Positions 27,835-41,584 of a stretch of DNA of 64,000 bases are shown here, piece by piece. The stretch is from Octopus sinensis. Lineage: Eukaryota. The notes under the pieces are model-generated. The model saw only the letters and a program-made list of their open reading frames with translations. It was not told where the DNA came from and ran no database searches. Both the position numbers and the translations under genes were made by a program. The stretch is from positions 104,842,001-104,906,000 of the forward strand of contig NC_043005.1 in assembly GCF_006345805.1 (NCBI RefSeq), read 5' to 3'. Position 1 is the stretch's first letter. Each line of letters opens with the position of its first letter.

Positions 27835-28065
27835 TCTGATGTACAGCCCGTTTTCGGATGTACAGCATATATACTTTATGATACAAGGCTTCCCTCTTAT
27901 GAAGTACAACCTGTGTCATATGTATACATTATTTGACATATGTCTATGATTTCTTGTAATCTATAACTTATGCCGCGATATACAGTCTCCGTCTTATGAT
28001 GTACAGCATATGTTTTACGATATAGGGCTCATGTTTTATGATGTACAGATAATATCTTATGAACT
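27835..28065 (+). repeat. Degenerate 21-bp minisatellite (consensus ~TATGATGTACAGCNTATGTYT)
   Basis: Units include tatgatacaaggcttccctct, tatgaagtacaacctgtgtca, tatgatgtacagcatatgttt, tacgatatagggctcatgttt and tatgatgtacagataatatct. Confidence 0.75.
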
Positions 28066-28560
28066 GTTTAGAACAATCAATGTGAAATGTTCTCTGATTA
28101 TAATATCTCGTATTGCGTGATTTTTGAAAAATAATTATAAAGGTCACCTGTTCTATGACATGAAGAAACTTTTACTAGATACTGGTTTTAATCTTGTTGG
28201 AGTTCATGAGATAGATTTTACCCATCTGTAGTGATGTATTCAGTTACAACTTACCACAGTTTTACCTGACAAGATGACTTTATTCTTCGGAAATATTTTT
28301 GGTTTGTCCATTAAAACATGGATTTTTCTACGATGGTCTTATCGGGCAATGGTAAACACATTTGCTTTAGGACACGCGGAGTGAGTGTGAGGCCTAAACA
28401 TGAGTGTGAAGCATTCTTCTTAACTCTACACAGCCATACGTTTTTACATACATACATACAATACACACACACACAACACACACACATACATACATACATA
28501 TATACATACATATATATATACATACATACATTCATACATACGTACATATACATGTATATC

Positions 28561-28615
<55 letters not shown>

Positions 28616-29276
28616 TTCTGTATGTGCACACATACACACACACGCCCTTACACACACACACGCGCACACACACATAATGTTCTGAGACACTCCGTGTTCT
28701 TTAACATTCGGCGCCGTGCAGGGAGATTCCCCCGGGCGCTATCCCGCAGTAAATAGGCATTGAATCAAAAGACTTGCACTATGAATGTGCTTCCAATAAT
28801 GTTTACATTACAAGAACTGCTTTTAATTCGTAATTTGGTTTTGTGTCATCTGTGCTACGCTACAGCATATCAGACTTCACTCTATCTTCTATAATATAAA
28901 TTGGACGTGGGCGATCGTTGTATTCTTTCTTGTCTTGAGGTTCACAGTCAAACGGCTGGGTGGATTCGCATGAAAAATGGCAGACATGTAGAGAGAGGTG
29001 CATGGATTGGAATGCAGTTTGTATTTTTTTCCTAACCCCCATACTTAGCGAGAAAACTTTTCTAATGGAATTTTCCTCTTTCTTCTGCCATTAAAACAAC
29101 TAGTTGCTTAGAAGCTGTTTTCTGACGGGGTGGGGTCAGGAGATTTTCATATAGTTGGAGGCTCCAATTGAAACAGGGGATCCGAAATGATAAGGTTGAC
29201 AAACGCTGTAATAGATTATGCCTAATCGAAAACGATCACAACCACATCATCCAAACAGACTGGGTGAAACCGGGGC

Positions 29277-29376
29277 NNNNNNNNNNNNNNNNNNNNNNNN
29301 NNNNNNNNNNNNNNNNNNNNNNNNNNNNNNNNNNNNNNNNNNNNNNNNNNNNNNNNNNNNNNNNNNNNNNNNNNNN
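29277..29376. other. Assembly gap (100 N)
   Basis: Run of n. Confidence 1.
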
Positions 29377-29599
29377 ATGTGGATGCGAGTATATGAAGCC
29401 TTCTGATCTTCTAGAGATAGCAGCCAAATTGCCAACAAGTCACATCCTACCTTCGTAAATAAATATATGTATGTATGTATTATGTATGTATGATGTATGT
29501 ATGTATGTATGTATGTATGTATGTATGTATGTATGTACGTACGTATGTATGTATGTACCATGCACGAGGACATAGAAATAATCGGATTGAATACCCAAT

Positions 29600-29860
29600 C
29601 GCGCATTGGGAGTGAAGGACTCCTAGCCTTTGTTGGGGCATCCTTCTAGGAGAAGGTAACTCAGGTAACTGGGATAACTCCGACATAAAACCTGCGGCTC
29701 AGTGGTTACCGATGATGTTGACTTGTTCTTCTTTTCGGATTATGGCTGCTGTTGCTTAGTGAGTGGGATTGACTCAGTGCACAGCCTTTCCTTACTTAAA
29801 AAAAAATCTTCTTGCACAGGCATTGCACAATAACAACATTGATTAAGCTTCGTGCAATAG
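29600..29860 (+). mobile_element. Possible RTE-type LINE 5' UTR fragment
   Basis: ctaggagaaggtaactc resembles the ctaggagaaggaaaactc motif I associate with RTE 5' UTRs. Recognition only. Confidence 0.4.
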
Positions 29861-30989
29861 CCATACTCGATAACGAGGGGGCAGCCACCATGTATGTATG
29901 TATGTATGTATGTATGTATGTATGTATGTATGTATGTATGTATGTATTATGTATGTATGTATGTATGTATGTATGTATGTATGTATGTATGTACATTTTA
30001 TCATTAATTAAAATCTTAGGGTAGCAAGAATATTTATGGTCTAGCGAGAGGGAAAAAATTTAGTCCATAGATTATACATTATTCAGAAAAGAATACAATG
30101 TACATTCAAGCACATAAAAGATATCCCAAAAGTAGGATATCTGACTCACTAGAAAGAGCAGTTAAACTCCAAGCCACTAATTGTTGTAATTTCAATCACT
30201 TTCTTTCTAGTGAGTCAGATATCCATGTATGTATGTATGTATGTATGTATGTATGTATGTATGTATGTATGTATGTATGTATGTATGTACGTATGTATGT
30301 ATGTCTAAAACTAATAATTGCCTGTCTTTTTACTCCAACGGACTGCGGGATGTTCATCTTGTGCTCGGAAAACAAAGAAAATGTTTATAAAATCTGGATG
30401 GAAGATAAATATTTCATATTGGAATACCTGTACTCTGTTAGATAAGAAAACTGAATGTAGACCCGAAAGCTTACTTTTCTCGAACTAGGCACATATAATG
30501 TAAGCTAATTTTTATATCCAGCTTAACATGGGTATCTTATTAGAACACCGAATACTGCGTTATTAGCCTTGAGAGATCCTCTCATTTAGGCACTTGTTGC
30601 ATAAAGGCACACAATAGAATGAAATTACGGGATATCATTCTACTGGAAATCATTAGTGGAAGGCGTCCGGTCACCGCATGCTAGTCAAATATCGCTGCTG
30701 AGATATATAGAATATCAGCATTTTTTTTAGATACGGATGTGGCAAATGGCCAGCAGGTTTGTTTAGAACAAATTATTAGCCACAGAAGCCATTTTGATAC
30801 CCAAAGATAATCTTTATATCCAACTTAATACGAATATCTTGTTAGTAAGCCGAATACTGCGTTAATAACCTAAGCAGTTCCTCTCATATCGGTGCTCGGT
30901 GCATAAAAGCACACACATAGATCGTAGCAGACGAGACTCCTCTGCCACGGGTGCTGGAACTCCCATATCACGTGATTTAAGTTTGCAGT

Positions 30990-32200
30990 TCGATCCGAAA
31001 TACTCAAAAAGTGGAGGAGCTTCCAATCGCTAAAATATGACCGTTTGGTAACAATGCGTCTAGCCTTGAGGGATGCGATTTGATACTCTGATAATTGCCT
31101 ATACTCCTACTCTTACCAGTTGTGATGACGATAAAAGAACTTTCTAGGCCTAGCTGAGTGCTGTACTCAGGAAAATCCCCGAGCCAAACAATATCAATCT
31201 ATTAGCGGATTTCAATGCCAGGGTTGGATCAGATTAGCAAATGTGGAATCCTTTTGGGCGTTTCGGTGTAGGGAAGACGAATAGTAATGGTCTCATGTTC
31301 CTAGAGCTTTGTGAATAATATGGTCTTTGCGTTGCAAATACTCACTTTATACGCAAAGGTGATCACACAACAACATGGATACACTTGAAGTCTAAAGTTT
31401 AGCACTTTCTGGATTATTTTACCATCCGCTAGCGTGGTACCTGTAACATTTGTAATGGCAAGTCCTTTCATAGATCGGAGCGTTGGACAGACCACTTCTT
31501 GGTACAAGGAAAGTTCCAGATGGTAGTCACAGTGAAAGAGAGAAGAGAACCATCTGGAATTTTTTGGCGCTTGAATGTCTTTAGAATCATGTTTGCAGCA
31601 TCGAAGATATTACAACTTAGGAAGAGTTTCCAGACCAGGACTTTCCTTGCGCTGCTGAAAAACTGAGATATACTACAGCCAATCATAGGGACTGATAAGA
31701 TGAAAAGGATACTCACAGCATATTACTGCATACGGAGTTATCAGTTGTGCATCAGAATCTAACACTTAACCATTACAAGACTACAAAATCCTTATCTCCG
31801 CTATCACTCATGAAGATGCAAAATGGTGGGAAGGTCTTGCTCGTGATACTCAAGCTGCTGCTGATGCAAACGACAGTAAGAAGCTATACCATCTTATGAA
31901 ACAATTTTATGGGCTTAAAATTACTGCATTTGCTCCTCTGCTTTCCAAGGAGAACTTTACCATACTAATTAAATCAACAGAATATACAGGTCACTGGATT
32001 GAGGATATTGTGAACTTCTTAACCGTGGTTTTGTTGTAGATGTAACTGATACTATTTGACAAAAACCTGTCATCAGTTTATTTGACTCAACATTCTAAAT
32101 AGGCAAGGTAGTATCAGCAATAAGTAAGCTGAGTCTAGGTAAAGAATCAAGTAAAGACAGAATTTACACTAAAGTCTTGCACTTTGGCCGTGGTTATATC
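30990..32200 (+). mobile_element. Decayed RTE-clade LINE: AP endonuclease, linker and start of RT
   Basis: AYTPTL, LADFNARVG (~31200-31228), GRFGVGKTNSNGLMFLELC, L.VANTHF, TTW.H.KSK..HFLDY and AKWWEGLARDTQAAADANDSKKLY. Multiple stops. Confidence 0.9.
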
Positions 32201-32304
32201 ACACAAGATTCACGAACTTATTAGTGTAATCTAGAGGGATGGCGCTATCCCCTAGTACTGGAAAGATGCAATTATCCTTCCTATCTATCAAAGGAAAGGG
32301 AGTC

Positions 32305-32600
32305 AGAATCATCATCATCATCACCAAGTCGAACTTGCTCGGGTATTTTCCATCTGCACACACCGTCCATCTCGATCCTGCATTATTTGAGGGAGGTCTT
32401 CGGGGAGGCATCAAGTGTCCCCGATGAGTTGATCTATAGACATAGGTCACTTGCCAGCTCTTGCTCGCCAGAAATGTCCCTCAAAACGCAAGCGCTTTTC
32501 CCTCATGCAACTGTGTTTTGGTCGAATGTGTTCTCCAAGATATGTTTAAGGCTGCCCTTAATGTTCAGTTGTAAGTTCTGTCTTGCTTGGATTTCAGTTA
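32305..32600 (-). mobile_element. 3' end of an RTE-type LINE with (TGA)n tail
   Basis: Minus-strand LRAALNISWRTHST, RLRFEGHFWR and a terminal IRASSTW*-like region, followed by a gatgatgat tail at ~32308-32322. Confidence 0.75.
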
Positions 32601-33054
32601 TTTGCTAAACGACCAAGCTGTCGCTCCACAGACTCTACTGCCGCACAGAAAAAAATCCTCTTAAGGTTGTCTGACTGGGTTGATTTCCAGCCAACAACCA
32701 GTCTGGGAGCTCAATCAGTATCAACATCCGTTTTAGCAAGTTGAGTTTAACTCAAACAACGTGAAATAAAGTGCTTTGCATTCGGACACAACGCGTCTGC
32801 CGGACCGAGAATCAAATCCACGATTGTATCAAGATCAAGGGCAGAGTTGCATAATCTCTGGGCCATGTACCTTCTGAGAATCGTTAAACTACCGTATTTT
32901 GTGACCCACACTTTACTTTTTTAGTTCAAATTTGTTGATATCAACTTTGTCTTTCATTAGTTTGTGATCGATAAAATAAATTGCCAGTCAAGTACTATGT
33001 TAAGGCTTATTGCCCCGTCCTCAAATTTGTTGACTTGTACCTGTATTATAACCA

Positions 33055-33454
33055 ACTAGCAGTATCGCCCGGCGTTGCTCGGGTTTGTAAGGAAATAACT
33101 ATATAAGCATTTTCAGAGAGTTATAGCCAAAAAATACTTTTAAAATGCATTAAAAATGGAAAAAAAATGATGGTAATTTTTTTTTTAAATCGTTGACTCA
33201 TCGTAGACATTTTTAGAGGGTTACTTCCCTTTATATAATGGCGAAAAAATGCATTAAAATGGAAAAAAATTATGGTAATTTTTTTTTTTAATCGTAGACT
33301 CATCGTAGACGCGCGCTAATACCCAGAAGGGCTCGATATGAATCACGACTATAAAATACCCGAATTTGGTTAAACTGCACCGCAAAATGTAGGAGTAGTT
33401 AGGAATCTAAATCGTAGGAGACAGACACACAACTTGACTTTCATATATAAAGAT
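33055..33454 (+). mobile_element. Non-autonomous Helitron-like (Lep1/HINE-type) element
   Basis: 5' actagcagtatcgcccggcgttgctcggg and 3' cacacaacttgactttcatatataaagat termini; internal short duplication; no ORF. Confidence 0.6.
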
Positions 33455-34465
33455 ATAATTTGGTAGATTCTAAACGAGGTCGCGGATATTTCTGTATGTG
33501 TTTCACCACAGATTCATATCTGTCTAAAGAATGTACAACAACAACTATGTTATAATAAAGATATTATAGTATTATTTGTCTATCAAAAATGTGTAACACT
33601 TCCTTTCTAATCACTGAATATCTTCTTTCTTTTTCCAACCCGCTACTGGGATCAGTATTGTGGTGGACGAGACCATAAGAATTGAAGTTTATCAAATATT
33701 ACCTATTTTCACAGCAAACGTTTGTTCGAAGTTGGTGATGATCCCTCTAACCCGAGTCCCTTCTCAGGCCCTAACAACATGCCTTTCTTTCATGAAGCTA
33801 ATGAAAATAATAGTTAAGGTAATGTCAACATAATCTACTTAAAACCAACTATGCGTTGAAGAAAATACCGCAGAAACTAGATTACTCTATAAACCTACTA
33901 TTTTGGTAAGTACGGGAAACAAATACGATCATATTTTAGCCTTATTAGGTCTTGTCACGGAAATACAAACATCATTGAACAAGCTGATATACGGAAGACA
34001 GAAATATTATGCAGTTACACAATACTGTAACACAGAAAGTTCTCACAAATGCAGTATGGTGAATAGCTACTACCAACTGAGATCATTGTTGCTGGAACAT
34101 GTTTGAAAATATTGGGAGATAAATCCAATAAGATCAAATGATTGAAATTTTGGGACAATATATACGATAAAGACTGAAGTTCATTGGACCCTTTTTAAAA
34201 GGCCAACGCTGTAATTTATGTTGACTGTACTAGCTAGAAATAGTGATCACCTGATCTTATTAGAGTTATGTCTCCTACTTATAGTTTTTACATTTTCAAC
34301 GCTCCTAGAAGTTTTTGTCCACCAATTTCGTGTATAATTTCAATTGTGTGCGTCTTTCAAGACCCTGCTGTATGCATATTTATTATGTTGAACCTCTCTT
34401 GAGGTCATTTTCCCCAGCCAAATTTCTGATGTAGAATATTATACGCAAGCATAAGTAACAAAAGT

Positions 34466-34800
34466 GCACAAATAAGTAAATAAATAAATAACCAAGGTTA
34501 ATTACTCAGGGACGCCATGTGTATGAAATTCCAATAGTTAGGTTACTATCAGTTTCTATTGTAATGTATCGCTGCACAAATAAGTAAATAAATAAATAAA
34601 TAACCAAGGTTAATTACTCAGGGACGCCATGTGTATGAAATTCCAATAGTTAGGTTACTATCAGTTTCTATTGTAATGTATCGCTGCACAAGTAAGTAAA
34701 TAAATAAATAAATAACCAAGGTTAATTACTCAGGGACGCCATGTGCATGGAATTCCAATAGTTAGGTTACTATCAGTTTATATTGTAATGTATCGCCGCA
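34466..34800. repeat. Three tandem copies of a 108-112-bp unit
   Basis: Units start at 34466, 34574 and 34686 (gcaca(a)taagtaaataaataa...gggacgccatgtg...gtatcgc). Length varies only in (TAAA)n. Confidence 0.95.
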
Positions 34801-36204
34801 GGAACTGAAAAGTTGATTGAGAACCGAGCACCGAAAAGACTCTATCAGATGTGCCATTTGTTCCTCGTTGATTCTGTTTTCAATTATTATTGCCTGTATA
34901 TAAAGTGGTGTAGTGTAGCTGTGTGCATACGTGTGTACGCTTATGTGATCATTTAACAGCAATGTATATTGAATAAAGTATATAATTTTAAATGTGCGTG
35001 TGTCTCTGTGTGTCTTGATACGTGTATATGTGTTAATAGGTGTGTGTGTGTTGATAGGTGTGTGTGAATGTACATATGTCTACATAATTAGTGCAATTCA
35101 TTTCTGTAGCCACCTTCCAACCTCCTCCTCTTCGTCAGACAACAGCAAAGCCAGGATAATGTTTTACCAGAAGTAGTCATGACCAGACAGTAAGGAAATA
35201 TCACAAGTTAACATGTTATTATTTACACAATTATTGAATATTGATTAAGCAATTCTTGGCCATTATTTTCAAACATGTTCCAGCAATAAAAATCAAAATT
35301 TCTCTTTATTCTTTGCCACAACAACGAAACGAATAAAATTTCCCTGCTAAAATGTTTAAATTAAGCCTATATATTTCTCTTTACAATTTTACAATACATA
35401 CACGCATAGACACACTTACACACGTTTACAACCTATACATATAATTATATACATATATATATATGTGTTTGTATGTGTGTGTAACTTAAATTTTACAACA
35501 ATTTATTTATTTATTTAATCACTGGTTTTTAAATTTAGTTTTATTTTAATGCCATTCATGTCTTTATAGTTATTTACGTGTTTATATTTGAGTCAATAAT
35601 AAAATGCTTATATTTGCTTGGCGTATACAAGCTCTAAAATACCCATCATTCATAGAAACCGGATGTATTTAAAGATCAATAATTGTTTACACGCTTTTGA
35701 ATTTTTTCTCCCTTTTTTTCACACGTTTTCGGATACTTTATTTTTATTAATTATATTATTCTTTTTTTTTTATGTTTCCTTCTGATCTCCCTTATTTTTC
35801 ATTCTCCAATATCAATGTCTCTTTTATTTATATTTATTCACTTCAACCCTCCGCTCTCGATATTTTCAACCTCCCTTTATTTTCGTCGTCTCCCGTTTAA
35901 TTTTTTTACTCACCTCTTTCGCTCTTTTTTTCTCTTTCGCTTCTTTTATCATAACTTTCATATTCTCTCATATGTTTCTCTTCCCTCCCTTTCTCACTGT
36001 TTCTCTTTCATTCTCTCTCTCTCACCCTCACATATACACACAAACACACACATATACGTACATGCACACACACACACACATTTATACACTATCTCTTCTT
36101 TCATATCAGCCATTTCTATTTGTTACTCTTTCAATCTTTTTCTATCACCTTCTCGCACTACTTTAACCCTCTCTCTCTCTCTCTCACTATATATATATGC
36201 ATAC

Positions 36205-36242
<38 letters not shown>

Positions 36243-36275
36243 TATATATTATATATAATTATATATATATATATG

Positions 36276-36314
<39 letters not shown>

Positions 36315-36383
36315 GTATATATATGTCTTATATATATGGTGTGGTGTATATATATATATATATGATATATATATGATATATAT

Positions 36384-36665
<282 letters not shown>

Positions 36666-36943
36666 GTGGAAGAGTGCTGGTGACCTTGACGTGTGCGTGT
36701 ACGTATGTGTAGGTGAGTGGGTGATAGTGTGGGGCTGGGAGTAGAGGTGGGGTATGTGGGAGTGGGTGTAAAGGATGAGGTGTGTGGGATGGATAGGGAA
36801 GGTGGAGTTGGATTGTGCAGGGGTGGGGTTACGAGGGAGGGGTAACGATTAAGGGAGAGGGGAAAGGAGAAGGTGGGTAGGAGTAAAGAGAAGAGAGAAA
36901 GAGAGCAGGAGTGAAGAGAAGAAGTAGGAGTCGGAGCAAGAGA

Positions 36944-36991
<48 letters not shown>

Positions 36992-37096
36992 ACCGGAGTA
37001 AGAACGTAAATGTGAAACAAGTTGGAAAAAAGAGAACTCAAATACCAGAGGTAGAGTAATATGCTTTATTTAAAAGCAGCTGAAATATAACAAAAG

Positions 37097-37134
37097 CTAT
37101 TACTCAGAGTTTCACGTTCCCGTTCGTCGGACAG
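37097..37134 (-). ncRNA. Type I hammerhead-like motif (U4C variant)
   Basis: ctgt CCGACGA acg ggaa cgt GAAA ctc t gag TA atag. All three stems pair; GUA triplet. Confidence 0.6.
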
Positions 37135-37339
37135 TTTTGTTAACAGTAAAGCGTGTCTGAGATAATGTGTATGGTACACGAGTTTTTTTTTTCCGTGTAA
37201 GCGTTTGTGCATTCGTTCCGATAGAAAAATTGATGAAAAAAATAATAAATATTTAATACATATAACAGACCTTATGTATTTCTCCAAAATGTACGTCTCA
37301 GAGCAACCTGCTCCAATTTCTCCGTTCTTTTTTATGTTC

Positions 37340-37680
37340 TAGCATGGTGCAGGTCTGAGCGTGTGGTATTCAATGTCATTGCATGGTACCTTGGGTCTTC
37401 TACGGTAGACAAACACATTGTGAGTAAATATGGTTAGGTTTCCGTACACACACATACACATATTGTTATGTTCGTGTGCGTTTTTTTGTGTTTGTGTTCG
37501 GCCACCACTGCCTCACAAACAATGTAGGTACTTTTACACCCTCACATCTAGCGCTTCGGCAAAAAGGAACCGATAAAGTAAAGTACCAGACAAAAATGAG
37601 TAGTGGTATCGATATGTTCGACTAAAACCTACAATGACTGAAGCAAGTAAAAGAATAGAAGAATAAAAGAATAAAAGAAT
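37340..37680 (+). mobile_element. Diverged SINE family A
   Basis: catggtaccttggg...gtgagtaaat...agcgcttcggcaaaaagg...gttcgactaaa...aatgactgaagcaagtaaaagaat. Confidence 0.7.
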
Positions 37681-38139
37681 AAAAGAATTTGTTTCTCTAG
37701 CTTTCTCTTCTCATTTCAATTTTTTTGTCTCCATGTTTCACTTTTCTGATTCTCTTTCTCTTTCTTGATCCCCACTCGCACTCTCCCCATCTCTTTGTCT
37801 TCCCTCTCACTCTCCCCTTCATTCTCCACTCATTTTCTCTTACTCTCCTTTGTTTTTCCCAAACTCTCTGTATCTTTGTCCAAATACGTCATGCTTCTCT
37901 TTTCTCTCTCTCTCTTTCATTGCCCGCCCTACTCTCTCACGCTCTTTCTCTTTCTCCCTCCCCCCTCCCCCTCTCTCTCTTTCTCTCCCCCACACTTACA
38001 TTATCATACATTACGTTTTACTCTCTGTATCCTTGTCCCTTATCTACTTTCTCTTCTTCCTTCTCTTTTGTTTCGCTATGCCTGTATATCTGTCACCACA
38101 TCTCTCTCTCTCCCGTCCTCTTTCTCCCCCTTCTCTCTC

Positions 38140-38208
<69 letters not shown>

Positions 38209-38393
38209 CAGAGAGACAGAGACAGAGAGAGTAGTTGTATACTGTCAACTTAATGTGAAAGTCCCGTGAAGGTAATCACACTACTACTATTTAGCTTTGG
38301 GCAGCAGCAACGCTTCCTGTCGGCCTTGACACATTTCCTGTGTCCTTATGTTTACAAAGGGGAGACAAGCACCTACACCCAGCTAAGCCTGCA

Positions 38394-38435
38394 TCCAGAG
38401 ACTAGTTTCTGAGTCTTGCTCGTCATCAGTCTGGA
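38394..38435 (-). ncRNA. Minimal type I hammerhead ribozyme with complete core
   Basis: tccaga CTGATGA c gag caaga ctc a GAAA CTAG TC tctgga. Perfect 6-bp stem I, palindromic ACTAGT stem III, GUC site. The 10.1-11.1 pair is C.A, a probable CpG decay. Confidence 0.8.
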
Positions 38436-38543
38436 GTAGCATGGCTTGCTAGTTGGAGATGCTGTCTAGCCTTTGTAAACATATAAGAAATCTAGTGAAA
38501 TAAATTCACTGATTTCACTAGCCCGTGATATATATATATATAT

Positions 38544-38604
<61 letters not shown>

Positions 38605-38699
38605 TATAATATATATACATACATACATACATACATACATACATACATACATACATGCATGCATACATACACATGCATACATACATACACCGGAATTTT

Positions 38700-39060
38700 G
38701 CAATATTAAGCTATTCTTTCGCAACTCCTCTCTCAAAATTCGTTGGCAGGAGCTCCAGGACACACCAGTTTATCAATAAGTTCCTCAGTTGTTCGGTGAC
38801 GGTCCTTCAAGATCAGTTCAAAGATTTTCAGGATTTTTCCATTCGTTCGGCAGGTAGACGGTTGTCCTGAAGGAGGTTGGTCTTCAAGCGGCAAGTGACC
38901 ATTCCTAAAGCATGGTAACCTCTCGTAAACGTGTTTTGCTCATGGCAGCGTCTTTGTAAGTTGTTTGAAGTAAGGCAACTGTTTCGGCCGCCATTTTCCC
39001 CAACAGAAAATAGAATTTCACGGAAGCACTCCTTTCCTTCGTTTCAGCCTTCACAAAAAA
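38700..39060 (-). mobile_element. Mariner transposase N-terminal (HTH) relic
   Basis: ERSASVKFYFLLGKMAAETVALLQTTYKDAAMSKT...GVSWSSCQRILREEL. Frameshifted. Confidence 0.9.
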
Positions 39061-39259
39061 TCGATGAACAGGGAAGAAGCACTGCAAAACAGAGACGCAC
39101 CACATGACTGTACGAACTCACTCGACAACGCCGGTCGGAAGGCTGATGCCTGAGTGTCACATCAAGTAACTTCTAGCGGTGGACGTCTGAACTACAACAG
39201 GCTTGTCCCACAGTGAACATTTCCGGTTATTTTTGGCTAATCCTTCGCATATATGTATG

Positions 39260-39485
39260 TGTGGGAGTCTGTGTTTGTCCTCCACCAATGCTTGATAATC
39301 GGTCTTGGTTTGTTTGTGCCCCGTAACATAGCGGTTGGGCATTAAGAACACCCCTCCCACGACCAAAAAAGAAAAAGAATAAGTTTAAAAAACTCCTGGG
39401 GTCGATTCATTCGACTAAAAGTTCTTGAAGGCGGTGCCCCAGCATGGCCACAGTTTAAGGACTGAAGCAGTTAAAAGATAAAAGC
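39260..39485 (+). mobile_element. 3' half of SINE family A
   Basis: ggggtcgattcattcgactaaaag...ggcggtgccccagcatggccacagt...aaaagataaaag. Confidence 0.8.
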
Positions 39486-39899
39486 TATATTATAAACATG
39501 TGTGGTGTGTGTGTGTGTGTGTATGTGTGTGTGTGTGTATACATATATCCCCTCTCCGTAATACCCACTTCCCAAATCCCTCTCTCCCCTCCAATCCCCC
39601 CTCCCTCAATCCGCCCTCCCTTACAACATGAAACAAGGCCAGTTTTAAAACACAACACTCTCTCCGTATAACAATACAGAGTAGTTTAATTTTCCTCTTT
39701 AAATTCTGTTTTATCTTCCATTCTATTTATTGGCGAATTTTTCTAATTACTATTCCATTCCATACACTCGTGAGTGTCTATGTGTGTCTATATGCGTGTG
39801 TTGTTATATCTATATGCGTCCATGCGTATGTGCACATACGTAAATTTCAAATGACTGTGTGTGCCTGTGTGTTGGTGTGTGCTTTTGTATGCGAGTCTT

Positions 39900-39991
<92 letters not shown>

Positions 39992-40612
39992 CCTCTCTAT
40001 CAACACACACATACACACACAGGCACATACACACACATATTGATTGCTTGAATCACGTTGTTATTTTGAACAGCCACGTATTCCCCCACCCCTTTCTTCA
40101 AATAATATGCAGAGATGCATACAAGCACACACACACACACACAACACACACATACGCACACACCCACATATACTCACATCCACACATTCACACAAACACG
40201 TCTAGATAAACACCCACACCCATACAAATTCACAAATTTACAAAGCAAAATGGGAAAATATAAAAAAGAAACTGAAAAACAAAAACCCTCGATTTTAAAA
40301 TAACAAACAGAACTAAAAAAAAGAGAAAAAGAACAAACACAGTATGGACCGGGACATATGTATGTGTGTGTACATGTGTGTATGTACATATGTGTATATA
40401 CATACATATGTATATATATATATATACACACACATATATATATATGTATGCTTATACATATATATTATATATATTATATATATTATATATATAATATATA
40501 TATATGTGTATATTGTAATAGTGAGTGATGGAAAAGACACCACACACACACACACACATATATATATGTATATATATATGTATGTTATATATATATATAT
40601 ATATATAAATAA

Positions 40613-40669
<57 letters not shown>

Positions 40670-40731
40670 TGTTATTATGTATAATATATATATATATATA
40701 TATGTATGTATTATATATATATATATATGTG

Positions 40732-40776
<45 letters not shown>

Positions 40777-40786
40777 ATATATTATA

Positions 40787-40867
<81 letters not shown>

Positions 40868-41456
40868 GAAATAGACATACACAAAAAAATATTCGGAAAG
40901 TAACGAGCGCGCGCACAAATACACATACATATCCTCACACACACACACACACACACCAGCACACAACACACACACACACCCCAGCACACACACACCCGCG
41001 CAAACGCAAAGACAAGAACGATTTATGGAAAGAGTGTGTAGAAACAATCAGATTCATTTTATTCCGTTCTTTTGTTTCATTTGAACGTTTTAAACTTAAG
41101 TCTCGATTAGGTATTTCTAATTATTTCAACATACACATCAGCTTTCATCAATGAACGTATAATTTTGTGACTGTATATATATATATCTATATTTATCATA
41201 TATGTAAGTGCATATGCGTGTTTGTTTGTGCTTTATACGCACGCGCACACATACATACACATATGCTTTGTTTCAAGAAATGCATTTTTAGAAGATATAT
41301 ATTTATACACACACGTATACATATACATATACATATATATATATATAAACAATAAATACATGCATATATATATATGTACATCTATATATATATATATATA
41401 TCTAATATATATGTATATATATATATATATATAAATATATGCATACATATATCGTA

Positions 41457-41505
<49 letters not shown>

Positions 41506-41529
41506 AATAATATATATATATATATATGT

Positions 41530-41584
<55 letters not shown>

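Noticed and set aside
34466-34800. CRISPR-like or other functional array
   Set aside because: Whole units are duplicated with no variable spacers; eukaryotic context; an ordinary minisatellite.
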